A stretch of DNA of 64,000 nucleotides, from positions 84,692,001 through 84,756,000 of the forward strand of contig OX597821.1 of assembly GCA_951406725.2 (NCBI GenBank), read 5' to 3'. This DNA comes from Octopus vulgaris (lineage: Eukaryota). The translations under genes and the position numbers were made by a program. Of this stretch, positions 25,465 to 37,589 are shown in pieces; within the stretch, counting starts at the first letter, position 1; every line of letters begins with the position of its first letter. Below the pieces are notes generated by a model. It did no database searches, was not told where the DNA came from, and saw nothing but the letters and a program-made list of their open reading frames with translations.

Positions 25465-27573
25465 TACTCTCTTTTTACTCGCCTTTAGTCGAGCAAATTG
25501 ACCCCGGGACTTATTCTTTGTAAGCCCAGTACTTATTCTATTGGTCTCTTTTGCCGAACCGCTAAGTTACGGGGATGTAAACACACCAGCATTGGTTGTC
25601 AAGCAATGCTAGAGGGACAAACACAGACGCACAAACACACACACACACACATACATATATACGACGGGCTTCTTTCAGTTTCCGTCTACCAACTCTACTC
25701 AGAAGGCTTTGGTCGGCCTGGGGCTATAGTAGAAGACACTTACCCAAGGTGCCACGCAGTGGGACTGAAACCAGAACCATGTGGCTGATTAGCAAGCTAC
25801 TTACCACACAGCCACTCCTGTGCCTGTTTATCACCACCACTACCATCATTATTTAATAAAAGCTTTTATCAATTTTGTATTACTGTTATTGGTGTTTAGA
25901 ACATTTATGATTATCATAATCATCATAATTATTATCATCATCACTTAATAAAAGTTTTATTTATTTATTTTACATTGGATTTTATGAACAATAGTGTTGT
26001 TAGTTACAGCTTTCCAGAGGGATCCCTGCATTTCTTGTGGATGAGGAATGACACTAGTTTTTAATTTCTCATCAATGTATAATATCAGTGAAGAAGCACA
26101 GGCGTGGCTGTGGGATAAGAAGTTCGTTTCCCAACCACATGGTCCTGGATTCAATCCCACAGCATAGCACCATGAGCAAATGTCTTCTACAACAGCTCCG
26201 GGTCAACCAAAGCCTTGTGAGTGGATTTGGTAGGTGGAAACTGTGCGGAGGCCTGTCATATACTCTTACTCTTTTACTCTTTTACTTGTTTCAGTCATTT
26301 GACTGTGGCCATGCTGGAGCAACGCCTTTAGTCGAGCAAATCGACCCCAGGACTTATTCTGTGTAAGCCTAGTACTTATTCTATCGGTTTTATTTCTGCC
26401 GAACCGCTAAGTTACGGGGACGTGAACATACCAGCATCGGTTATCAAGCGATAGTGGGGGTGGGGACAAACACAGACACACAAACACACACATATATATA
26501 TGACAGGCTTCTTTCAGTTTCCGTCTACCAAATCCACTCACAAGGCTTTGGTCGGCCCGGGGCTATAGTAGAAGACACTTGTCCAAGGTGCCACGCAGTG
26601 GGACTGAACCCGGAACCATGTGGTTGGTAAGCAAGCTACTTACCACACAGCCACTCCTATGTGTCTGTATGTGTTTGTGTCTGTGTCAGTCTATGTATGT
26701 ATGTATATGTGAGCGTGTAAATGTTTGTGTTTCTTTGTCACCTGATAGCTGGAAGTGAGTGTCACTGTCATACAGGCAGTGTCATCTGTTTCCAATTTTC
26801 TTTGAGAACATGTCTGGTCATGGGGAAATGTTACCTTGCTAGGAACCAGGTGAGGGTTGGTGACTGGAAGGACATCCAGCTGTAGAAAATCTGCCTCAAA
26901 TAATCTCCACCTGACCCATGCAAGCATGTGAAGGTGACCATCAAATAAGGGTGGTGGTGATGATGATTGTGTGTACACGTTTGCACCCTCCAACTTTATA
27001 TTTGCTGCCACCCTCTGCAGTATATATATATGTGTGTGTGTGTGTGTATATATTTGTAATTATCATTATCATCAACATTTACCATCCATATTTAGTAAAA
27101 AGCACCCACTACACTCATGGAGTGGTTGGTGTTAGGAAGGGCATCCAGCCGTAGATCAAACTGGGCCTTGGTCAGCCCGAGGCTATAGTAGAAGACACTT
27201 GCCCAAGGTGTCACGCAGTGGGACTGAACCCAGAACCATGTGGTTGGTAAGCAGGCTACTTACCACACAGCCACTCCTACACCTATATGAGATGCATTTT
27301 GTTTTCCAAGAATATAAATTTAAAAAAAAAAAAATTTGCCCAAGGTCCTATATGTGAAGTTGGGATTCCACCTCCAATAAGCTAATATTATATGCTTTAA
27401 TGCATGTAATATTAACTTAGTGAAGGCGCATGACTTAGTGGTTAGGGTGTTCAGCTCATGACTGTAAGGTCATGAGTTCGATGCCTGGTGGCACACTTTG
27501 TCTTCTACTATAGCCTCGGGCCAACCAAAACCTTGTGAGTGGATTTGGTAGACGGAAACTGAAAGAAGCCCAT

Positions 27574-27622
<49 letters not shown>

Positions 27623-27832
27623 ATATGTTTGTGCCTGTGTTTGTTTCCCCCCCCCCAACATCTCTTGACAACCAATGCTGGTGTGTTTACATCCCCGTAA
27701 CTTAGCGGTTTGGCAAAAGAGACCGATAGAATAAGTACTAGGCTTACAAAGAATAAGTCCTGGGGTTGATTTGCTCGACTAAAGGTGGTGCTCCAGCATG
27801 GCCACAGTCACATGACTGAAACAAGTAAAAGA
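25465..27832. mobile_element. Cluster of family B SINEs in both orientations (25465-25825 -, 26100-26260 +, 26262-26660 -, 27165-27285 -, 27422-27832 +)
   Basis: Family consensus matches. Confidence 0.85.
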
Positions 27833-27861
27833 ATATATGCTATCAAATACAGTATAATAAC

Positions 27862-28491
27862 CTTTCTACTAAAAGCACAAGGCCTGAAATTTTGGTGGGG
27901 TGGTGGACCAGTTGATTACATCAACCCCAGTGATTCACTGGTACTTAATTTATTGACCCTGAATGGATGAAAGGCAAAGTCGACCTCGGCGGAATTTGAA
28001 CTCAGAACGTCAAGACAGACGAAATGCCACTAAGCATTTTGCCTGGCATGTTAACGATTCTTATTTCTTTATTGCCCATAAGGGGCTAAACATAGAGGGG
28101 ATAAACAAGGACATTAAGTCGATTACATCGACCCCTGTGATTCACCGGTACTTAATTTATTGACCCTGAATGGATGAAAGGCAAAGTCGACCTCGGCGGA
28201 ATTTGAACTCAGAACGTCAAGACAGACGAAATGCCACTAAGCATTTTGCCTGGCATGCTAACGATTCTTATTTCTTCATTGCCCACAAGGAGCTAAATAC
28301 AGAGGGGACAAACAAGGACATTAAGTCGATTACATCGACCCCTGTGATTCACCGGTACTTAATTTATTGACCCTGAATGGATGAAAGGCAAAGTTGACCT
28401 CGGCGGAATTTGAACTCAGAACGTAAAGACAGACGAAATGCCACTAAGCATTTTGCCTGGCATGCTAATGATTCTGCCAGCCTGGCGCCTT
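27862..28491 (-). mobile_element. Trimeric family C SINE (207-bp period) within one TSD
   Basis: Units recur at 27963, 28170 and 28377; TSD AAATACAGTATAATAAC at 27845-27861 and 28492-28508. Confidence 0.85.
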
Positions 28492-28612
28492 AAATACAGT
28501 ATAATAACACTGACTTAATTACTGTTGTATGTAATTTTTTGTTGTTTAATCCATTCATTGTTTTCAACTATGAAATGTCATTATTTTTGTAATATTCTCT
28601 GCACTACTACAG

Positions 28613-28673
28613 GGCTGGTAAGCCTCCATCAGGACTCCATCTCGATGTTCTCAAAGAAGGAAAAATGATTCAG
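28613..28673 (+). CDS. PPP1R8: NIPP1 coding exon 2: (W)AGKPPSGLHLDVLKEGKMIQ
   Basis: CAG acceptor, GTATGT donor; parallels NIPP1 AGKPPPGLHLDVVKG. Confidence 0.95.
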
Positions 28674-28990
28674 GTATGTATATTTGTTGTTGCAGTTTTT
28701 ATCATTTTCATTTCATCAGCAACTGAACTTAACTGTGTTTTCAGCAACTGTACACCCATATCAGCCAACAGGGTAAATCAACTATTCTTAGGAAAAGCAT
28801 TCTTTCACATTCTTTGTGTTTGTGTGTGGCTGAGATTCTGTTCATTACTTATCGTCTACTTTTATTGTATGGAGTTAAAATTAAACTTAGGTTATCAAAC
28901 GGCGTTAAAATTAGCTTAAGAGAAATGAAACCATTGTTCTAAAGAATGCATGCTAGATTTTCAGATATACTTCAGGAAAAAAATAATTAC

Positions 28991-29417
28991 ATGCTCGCAT
29001 ATGGCGTAGTGGTTAAGAGTGCGGGCTATTAACCCCAAGATTCCGAGTTCGATTCCAGGCATTGACCTGAATAATAATAATAATTTTGTCCGTTGCCAGC
29101 CTCGCCTGGCCCCCGTGCCGGTGGCACGTAAAAGCACCATCCGTTCATATCCGTTGCCAGCCTCGCCTGGACCCCGTGCCGGTGGCACGTAAAAGCACCA
29201 TCCGTTCGTGGCTGTTTGCCAGCTCCGTCTGGCACCTGTGCAGGTGGCACATAAAAAGCACCCACTACACTCACGGAGTGGTTGGCGTTAGGAAGGGCAT
29301 CCAGCCGTAGAAACACTGCTAGATCAGACTGGGCCTTCTGGCTTCACAGACCCCAGTTGAACCGTCCAACCCATGCTAGCATGGAAAGCGGACGCTAAAT
29401 GATGATGATGATGATGA
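28991..29417 (+). mobile_element. tRNA-like head and (TAA)n fused to a 5'-truncated family D SINE
   Basis: A-box TGGCGTAGTGG, B-box GAGTTCGATTCC, acceptor stem does not pair; family D body from ~29088. Confidence 0.7.
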
Positions 29418-30254
29418 CATCAGGAAAATGGTTATTAGAATATAGAGGAGGTGCTTCTGCTTATGGCCGTGTAGCCAGGGTGTTAAGTGTTAAGGAGATT
29501 CAGGCCAGTTTGGGTAGAACTTCGGGTAGAATGTTTTGCAATGTCCATTTTAAATTCTGTGGTTTGGTTTCAAATCCTGTCTTTTCCTTCTCTCTTGGTC
29601 AATAAATGAAGTACAAGTACGATCCTGAGGTTGATTCTTCTGTCTGACTTCCTCTTTCTCTCCACCCCTATGGTCTGTCTGTCTGTCTCACACTCTCACT
29701 CTCTCCCCCCTTCCCTCCATCCATCTACTCCTCTATCTATCTATCTATCTATCTATCTGTCTGTCTGTTTATCTATCTATCTGTCTGTCTATCCATCCAT
29801 CCATCCATCCATCCATCCATCCATCTATCTATCTATCTATCTATCTGTCTGTCTGCTTATCTATCTATCTCTCTATCTATCAATCAATAAATCAATCAAT
29901 CAATCAATCAAATTAACTGTGATGAGACCTAGAGAGGGGTGGGCATTGTTAGATTTAAGACCTTCAAGATACTATGTATGTCAGAATGGTATCCCTAGGA
30001 CACCATCAGGAACTGTAGACCCAAGGTAAGTCAGGAAGTATATTTATTTATTTTTTATTGCCTGTGAAGAAATTTCACAAATTTTTTTTTGCTGCATTTG
30101 ATTAAATGAATAAAATAGACTGATTAAATATAGAGAATTAATAATTCATTAACATAGGTAAAATTAGTTAAGAGCTACCAGAGTACATGTTTACATATAG
30201 TGTTATTAATATTGCATCTGATGATGTAAGGTAATAGGCACATACAGTTAGTAT

Positions 30255-30522
30255 TGCCAGCCTCGCCCGGCTTCCGTGCCGGTGGCACGTAAAAAGCACC
30301 ATCCGACCGTGGCCGTTTGCCAGCCCCGTCTGGCACCTGTGCCGGTGGCACGTAAAAAGCACCCACTACACTCATGGAGTGGTTGGCGTTAGGAAGGGCA
30401 TCCAGCTGTAGAAACACTGCCAGATCAGACTGGGCCTGGTGCAGCCTTCTGGCTTCCCAGACCCCAGTTGCACCGTCCAACCCATGCCAGCATGGAAAGC
30501 GGACGCTAAACGATGATGATGA
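30255..30522 (+). mobile_element. SINE family D
   Basis: Family core and GAT tail. Confidence 0.85.
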
Positions 30523-31067
30523 TTGACTCGCTGTGGGAACGAAATTTGCTTCGTGGGTGCAAACCCAGTTTTTTGAGGAGGATGTTCAAAGCATTTTCAT
30601 TGCCCCACAAAAATTTTAGAGGTGTGCTTGTGATTTCTGTACCTAAGCCTAAAAAGCAACTTAGTACAACTAAAAAGCAGGGATGTTATAGCTGCCTAAT
30701 GAAGATCGGCTATAGACAGTGTTTCAGTTTAATAGGTACATGTGTAATATAATAAAAGTATAAACAAGTAAACAACTGGTATTGGGTCAAATTATGAAAT
30801 TTATATATTTGAACATAAGGGTAGAATTGTTAGAGGAGCATAGATTACAAGAGCTTGATAAAGGATCAAATGAGGAAGGTTCATTTAAATTGGTTAGGGT
30901 ACATGCTAGTATTCTCCCAGAATTGTTCCATGGTAAGTCTGAATTATTGGTTGAGAGTGGGGAAGAGAGGACAGATGTTTTTGAAAACTTCACAAAATTA
31001 TTAATTTTAGCTGCTAACAAATTTTATGGACATCAATGTGTTTGTATTGAATTAGCATTTGTCAGAA

Positions 31068-31360
31068 TCATCATCGTCATCATCATCACCGTTTAACATC
31101 CGTTTTCCATGCTGGCATGGGTTGGACGGTTTGACTGAGGCCTGGAGAGCCAGTGGCTGCACCAGGCTCCAATCTGATCTGGCAATATTTCTACAGCTGG
31201 ATGCCCTTCCTAACGCCAACCACACCGAGAGTGTAGTGGGTGCTTTTTACATGCCACTGGCACAGGAGCCAGTCAGGCAGGCCTGGCATCGATCACGTTC
31301 AGATAAGGCTTTTTACATGCCACTTGAATGGGAGCCAGTTAGGCGGACCTGGCATCAACC
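31068..31360 (-). mobile_element. SINE family D
   Basis: Family core, inverted. Confidence 0.85.
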
Positions 31361-32552
31361 ACATGGGAAAAACAACATCCACCATGTGGTGTCCATTTTC
31401 ATTGATGCATTTCTGAAGGCATTCTTGGAAGTTGGCCTCCACTCTCTCCAGCATTGCTCTGTCGATTTAGGCTTCCATGTGAATAGCTTCCTACAAATCA
31501 TCCAGTGTATGGGGCTTATGCACATACACATGTGCCTTGAGGTTTTCCCCTCCAGAAGTAATCACACATGGACAAGTCAGGGGACCGAGCGGGCCAAGGA
31601 ATGATAGCAAACCTGGAAATGTGGCGGCCACCAAAGAGCTAGCAAAGAACATCCATTGATGCTCTGACTGTGTGGGCCGTCGCCCCATCCTGCTGAGACC
31701 ACATATGTTGAATAGGCATACGTCTTCATCATAATTCAGGCACAAAGAAGTTGTTCATCATCTCGATATAACACTCGGAGTTCACAGTAACAGCATTTCC
31801 ATAATTGTCTTCAAAATAATAAGGACCAATGACATTAGATTTTCTAACAGCTGTGCGGTTGTCTTTCGTGCAGTTCTCTCGGATTTTCAAGAGCCCAATA
31901 ATGAACAGTTCTGTTGATTCATTAATATGAAAATGAGCTTCATCACTCATTAACAAAATGTGGTTGTCGTTTGCCTCAAAAATTGCTTCCATCTGACATG
32001 TGAAGTTAAGCCACTGTGCATAGTCCCATGGTTTCAATTGTTGCCCAGCGACCAATTTGTATGGGTGGAAATGCAGGTCTTCATGCAAAATATGCCTTAC
32101 CGATTGATTACTGATGGCAAGTTCAGTGGTATGCCTCCAAGAAGAGTGATTCAAACTCCATATCAAAACTTGTCTGATGCATTCCACATTTTCTGGAGTT
32201 CATACCATTCGCGGTGCCCCGACCAGTCTCCTGTTCATTACTGTACCTTGTGTACGAAGTGCATTCACCCAACGTAAGATTGTGTTACAGGTGGAAACAG
32301 CCTGACTTTGTTGAATGTTGAAGTGGTGCCGACACTCACGCTGAACTGCTGTGACAGACTCATTATTCTTCACATAACTGTCGTAGGCAAACACGCGATG
32401 CTCTATTGTCCACAGCACCATAGCTTCACCTGAAAAGAAAAGAAAATGTCTAGACACCATGGACCGAATGGTACCTGTCGAATATATGTCCCTCCTCCTG
32501 GGGCTGAGTAATAGACATTGCAAAAACGCCCATTCTCTCTGCCCTGGCCTGT
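31361..32552 (-). mobile_element. Tc1/mariner-superfamily transposon relic with DUF4817-type N-terminal HTH
   Basis: MVLWTIEHRVFAYDSY...SVTAVQR, HEDLHFHPYKL, MSDEAHFH, IGPYYFE...TVNSECY, QQDGAT; frameshifted; TA-CAGG terminus at 32552. Confidence 0.85.
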
Positions 32553-32712
32553 ATTAGGTAAAGCTGGCCATTGTTGGTAAAACCTAAAGTAGGATGAGCA
32601 GAAAGGCGCTAGGAAGGTAGGTGTGCAGATAGTCTTTTACAGCCATTTCAAGAATAGATGCACAAATGGTGCATTTCCCTGCAGATGATCGGCAGTCAGC
32701 ATTATAGTTGTG

Positions 32713-33026
32713 GACTCTTTTACTCTTTTCAGTCATTTGATTGTGGCCATGCTGAAGCACCATCTTTAGTCGAGCAAATCGACCCCAGGACTTATTCTTT
32801 GTACATATTCTATCGGTCTCTTTTGCCGAACTGCTAAGTTACGGGGATGTAAACACACCAGCATCAGTTGTTCTTTCTGTTTCCGTCTATCAAATCCACT
32901 CACAAGGCTTTGGTTGGCCCGAGGCTGTAGTAGAAGACACTTGCCCAAGGTGTCACGCAGTGGGACTGAACCCGGAACCATGTGGTTGGTAAGCAAGCTA
33001 CTTACCACACAGCCACTCCTATGCCT
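32713..33026 (-). mobile_element. SINE family B, internally deleted
   Basis: Family consensus match. Confidence 0.85.
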
Positions 33027-33654
33027 ATTAAATATGTTTTTCCAAATATTTTGATGGAAAGTTCATCCAAGCATGTATCAGCAAAATTGATGATCGCAAC
33101 CTTCAACTTTTATGTAAGTCAAGTACTGAGCCAAGAATGTCGTATTTAGAATGAGAGTGTGAGCTACCTATTGGTGTGACTTATACACAAGAAAATGTGC
33201 ATGCCATGCCTGCAGGTATCCCTACTCATGGGTCTCCATGCCAAAGTCTGAAGATTCATGCTTTTCTTGGGAAACATACAGCAGTGCTTTCCTGTTGCTT
33301 TCTGCTGGTTTACTTCTCTGGTTTCCAAATCTCCCAAGCTTATCCCGAAGAACAGGGTCATTTTATCCCTAAAGCAAGGAGGACTGGTTCATGCGATATC
33401 AGAACATGTTCACACACCAATGGGGCTTGTGTGACATGTGCCTCTGGACTGTGCCTTCCTCTAATATCTTAGCTTCAGAACCATCTTTTGTTATTTGGCC
33501 CATCCTACCACCACAAGCCATAGCACATCTCCAAGTAGTGGTGATTAAAAAGAAACCCTATACTCCCCAAAACTCAGTAACTCTTAAGTTGGAACTTCAA
33601 CAGCAGATGCAGTTTAATGTGTTATACATGTCAATGTCAATCTCTGTTTGTTTC

Positions 33655-34615
33655 TCATCATCATCATCATACGTCTGTTCTCCATGCTAGCATGGGTTGG
33701 ACGGTTCGACCGGGGATCTGGGAAGCCAGAAGGCTGCACCAGGCTCCAGTCTTATCTGGCAATGTTTCTACAGCTGGATGCCCTTCCTAACGCCAACCAC
33801 TCCGTGAGTGTAGTGGGTGCTTTTTACGTGCCACCCGCACAGGTGCCAGGCAAGGCTGGCAACGGCCACGGTCGGATTGGTGCAATTTACGTGCCACCGG
33901 CACGGAAGCCAGTCGAGGCGGCGCTGGCATCGGCCACGATTCAGATAGTGCTTTTTACGTACCACCAGTCCAGGGGTCCTGGCATCTGCTGGGTGCCAGT
34001 CATAGGATTGGTTCAATTTTGATTTCGATTTCACTTGCCCCAACATGTCTTCACAAGCAAAGGGGGTTGGCATGGGTAATGCGTGTGTATGTGTGTGTGT
34101 TGTTGGCATTATAAGAATTATATAAATTTTCAAGAGAACATGAAATAATTATTATTCGAAGTAGTATATTCGAAGAACACACAAAACTATAAATAATAGC
34201 ATGTAGAATATTGGGTTGAAGAAGGCTGGATAGGAGTTGAAGGCTGGGTCCAACCTTATCTATCCAAAAGGGGTTTTCAACCCAGGGTTGCTATTGATAT
34301 GCTGCTATTAATAGTTTTATGTGTGCTATGAGATGTACTATTGTTACAAAGATATATATATATATGTGTGTATGTTTATATACCATCATCATTTAATGTC
34401 TGCTTTCCATGGATTGGACAGTTTGACTGAGGACTGGCAAGCCAGGAGACTGCACCAGGCTCCAATCTGATCTGGCAAGGTTTCTACAGCTGGATGCCCT
34501 TCCTAACACCAACCACTCCCATGAGTGTAGTAGGTGCTTTTTAAGTGCCACCAGTCAGGCAGCACTGGCATCAACTACGCTCGGGTGGTGCTTTTTTTAC
34601 ATGCCATCGGCACAG
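33655..34615 (-). mobile_element. Two family D SINEs (33655-34078, 34384-34615)
   Basis: Family core, inverted. Confidence 0.85.
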
Positions 34616-34660
34616 GATGTATACACATATGTACATATAAGACTTGGATTTTCTTTTCAG

Positions 34661-34814
34661 AAATTAATGATTGATGAGAAAAAATGCTACTTTTTTGGCC
34701 GCAACAAACAGCTGTGTGACTTCTGCATCGACCATGCTTCCTGTTCTCGTGTTCATGCTGCTTTAGTGTGGCACAAACACCTCTCTAGACCTTTCATCAT
34801 GGATCTTGGCAGCA
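34661..34814 (+). CDS. PPP1R8: NIPP1 coding exon 3 (FHA domain): KLMIDEKKCYFFGRNKQLCDFCIDHASCSRVHAALVWHKHLSRPFIMDLGS
   Basis: TTTTCTTTTCAG acceptor, GTAAGT donor; FHA signatures FGR, SRVHA, DLGS. Confidence 0.97.
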
Positions 34815-34933
34815 GTAAGTAGTCGCCTTCTTTTCTCCCTATTCTCCAAGAGGCTGTAAAGGGTCTCTTAAAAGAGATCAACTTTGTGTTTTGTTCAATG
34901 CTGTTTTATTTGTTGTCTTATTTTATTTCATAG

Positions 34934-35154
34934 CACATGGTACTTTTATTGGTCACATACGGTTGGAATCTAAAAAACCCCAGCAAGTTCCTGTCGACAG
35001 TGAAATCCACTTCGGTGCCTCAACTCGTATATACATTATTAGAGAGCGTCCACAACCTGTTAGTAACCTTAGTGGTCCTGAAGAACTCGAAAAAAGGAAT
35101 GATGACATTGAGGGTGGACTTTTAGGTCTTCCAGAATCAGAAACAGAACTCGAT
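34934..35154 (+). CDS. PPP1R8: NIPP1 coding exon 4: (T)HGTFIGHIRLESKKPQQVPVDSEIHFGASTRIYIIRERPQ...GLLGLPESETELD
   Basis: TAG acceptor, GTAAGT donor; follows a 119-bp intron; HGTF and FGASTR FHA motifs. Confidence 0.97.
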
Positions 35155-35224
35155 GTAAGTTAACTTAACCCTTTAATATTCACATTATTCTGTTAAAAAA
35201 AAATGATGCTTATTTACGCACATA

Positions 35225-35395
35225 AGTGCAGGAGTGGCTGTGTGGTAAGTAGCTTGCTAACCAACCACATGGTTCCGGGTTCAGTCCCACTGTGTGGTAC
35301 CTTGGGCAAGTGTCTTCTACTATAGCCTCGGGCCGACCAATGCTTTGTGAGAGGATTTGGTAGACGGAAACTGAAAGAAGCCTGTTGTATATATG

Positions 35396-35428
<33 letters not shown>

Positions 35429-36955
35429 TTGTGTGTCTGTGTTTGTCTCCCTAGCATTGCTTGACAACCGATGCTGGTGTGTTTACGTCCCCGTCGCTTA
35501 GCGGTTCAGCAAAAGAGACCGATAGAATAAGTACTGGGCTTACAAAGGATAAGTCCCGGGGTCGATTTGCTCGACTAAAGGCGGTGCTCCAGCATGGCTG
35601 CAGTCAAATGACTGAAACAAGTAAAAGAGTACATGTTTTGAATTAACTTTGTATTATTATTTAGCTTTGAGATTTTAATGAGGTAACTGTTAATTTTTAG
35701 AATGATGTTGTAGGTTTGGTGTGAGAAGCCAGATCTGGACAGTCTGAACTTAAATCAGGTAGAATATTTGAGTGGGGTTAAATATTAAAGGGTTAAACTA
35801 GTCTCGTAACCTTTGTGGTGTCACTCTGCTGGAAACAGCACCCTAATTCTCCTCAAACCACACATTTCCACCTAAAAGTGAAGGACACATTGGGTAATGT
35901 AGTCATGAACCTATTGTCTGTATATAAGTTGGAATGGTCATGACTGGAATGCATTATTCCTAGGTTTATGTTGGGTCTATGTTAACCCTTTAGCATTTAA
36001 ACTGGTCATAGGCAGCTCAAATCTTCTGCATGCTTTGTGTTCAAAATTGCCAGATCTGGCCTCTTACACCTACATAGCAATGCCATTTTAAAAATAAACA
36101 ATCATATCTTTGAAATCTCAAAGCTAAAAGATAATACATGGTTAATTTTTTTTAAATTGTGCTCAGGCACAGGAGTGGCTGTGTGGTAAGTAGCTTGCTT
36201 ACTAACCACATGGTTCCAGGTTCAGTCCCACTGCATGGTACCTTGGCAATTGTCATCTACTATAGCCTCGGACCGACCAAAGCCTTGTGAGTGGATTTGG
36301 TAGATGGAAACTGAAAGAAGCCCATTGTGTGTGTATATATATGTGTGTGTGTGTATATGTTTGTGTGTCTGTGTTTGACCTCCCCCAACATCACTTGTCA
36401 ACCAATGCTGGTGTGTTTACGTCCCAATAACTTAGCAGTTCGGCAAAAGAGACCAATAGAATAAGTACTAGGCTTACAAAGAATAAATCCTGGGGTTGAT
36501 TTGCTCGACTAAAGGTGGTGCTCCAGCATGGCTACAGTCAAATGACTGAAACAAGTAAAAGAATAAAGAATGGCTGTATGATAAGAAGTTTGCTTCCCAA
36601 ATATATGGTTTCAGGCTCAATCCCACTGCGTAGCACCTTGGGCTAGTGCCTTCAACAATAGCCTCAAGCTGACCCCAAGCCTTGTGAGTAGATTTGGTTG
36701 ATGGAAACTGAAAGAAGCCTGTTGTGTGTGTCTGTGTCAGTGTTTGTCCCTCATCACCACTTGACAACTGGTGTTGGTGTGTTTACATTCTTGTAACTTA
36801 ACAGTTCAGCATAAGAGACTGATAGAATAAGTAGCAGGTTTAAAAATATGACTAAACTCTTGAAAGGTTTAGTTGATCTATTCAATGAAGCCCTTCAAAA
36901 CTGTGCCCCAGTATGACTGCTACCCAATGATTGGAGCAAGTATAAGAGAAAAGAT
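35225..36955 (+). mobile_element. Family B SINEs (35225-35630, 36166-36568, older copy to ~36955), the first two adjoining or inside piggyBac-like MITEs
   Basis: Family consensus; MITE termini TTAACCCTTT at 35165 and AAAGGGTTAA near 35736 bracket the first copy. Confidence 0.85.
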
Positions 36956-37181
36956 GATTAAATGTGTTCTTTTTTATTTTAGACTGTAAGCTGTGATTTG
37001 AAGGAGATTTGGTTACTGTTTCTCTTCGGTCAAGTAGAACAAGGAGACACCCCAGTGGTGGCTTGCTGTCTGGTTTTCCAAAATTATTTTTGAAATGTAA
37101 TATAGAATTGTTGCTATTGTTGTTAGCATTTTGATCCTTGTATTTATTTATTTAATTTTTTTTCCTTTCTGATTTCGCCAG

Positions 37182-37326
37182 AACTTAACAGAATTCAACA
37201 CAGCTCACAACCGTAGAATAGCATCACTTGTGGACATACCTGACCACTCAGTACCAAATCCTTTGAAAAGGAAGCGAAAAAGTGGTCATGTTTTATTCAG
37301 AGATGAAGATGAAATAATCAATCCCG
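37182..37326 (+). CDS. PPP1R8: NIPP1 coding exon 5 (PP1-binding region): NLTEFNTAHNRRIASLVDIPDHSVPNPLKRKRKSGHVLFRDEDEIINP
   Basis: Polypyrimidine-CAG acceptor, GTAAGT donor; NLTEFNTAHN, KRKRK and DEIINP are NIPP1 motifs. Confidence 0.97.
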
Positions 37327-37589
37327 GTAAGTTCTATGATGATGATGATGGTCCACTTTATCTGTCATTCTTTCGGGGTCAATAAAATAAAGTACCATTC
37401 AAATGCTGCTGGTCAATGAAACCGGCTTGCCCACTAACCTGAGGTACTTAAATGTAAAAGAACCTGGATAAATATTGTAACATATTTTATCTGACACTCT
37501 ACTCATTCTACTAATTCACTGCCTCATTGTTTTAGGTTAGGGGGCAGGCTGATTGCCCCATAATCTAAAACTGCTAGCCTTGTGTCAAA

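Noticed and set aside
27963-28370. Two near-identical 66-aa ORFs (MDERQSRPRR...)
   Set aside because: Antisense translation of tandem family C SINE units
28991-29068. Functional tRNA gene
   Set aside because: A and B boxes are present but the acceptor stem does not pair; it behaves like a SINE head
30782-31096. 104-aa and 77-aa ORFs in intron 2
   Set aside because: No recognisable motif or supported splice sites; the longer one runs into a SINE tail
33040-33472. Possible extra exon or nested gene in intron 2
   Set aside because: Exon 2 joins exon 3 in frame with no gap relative to NIPP1; no recognisable protein
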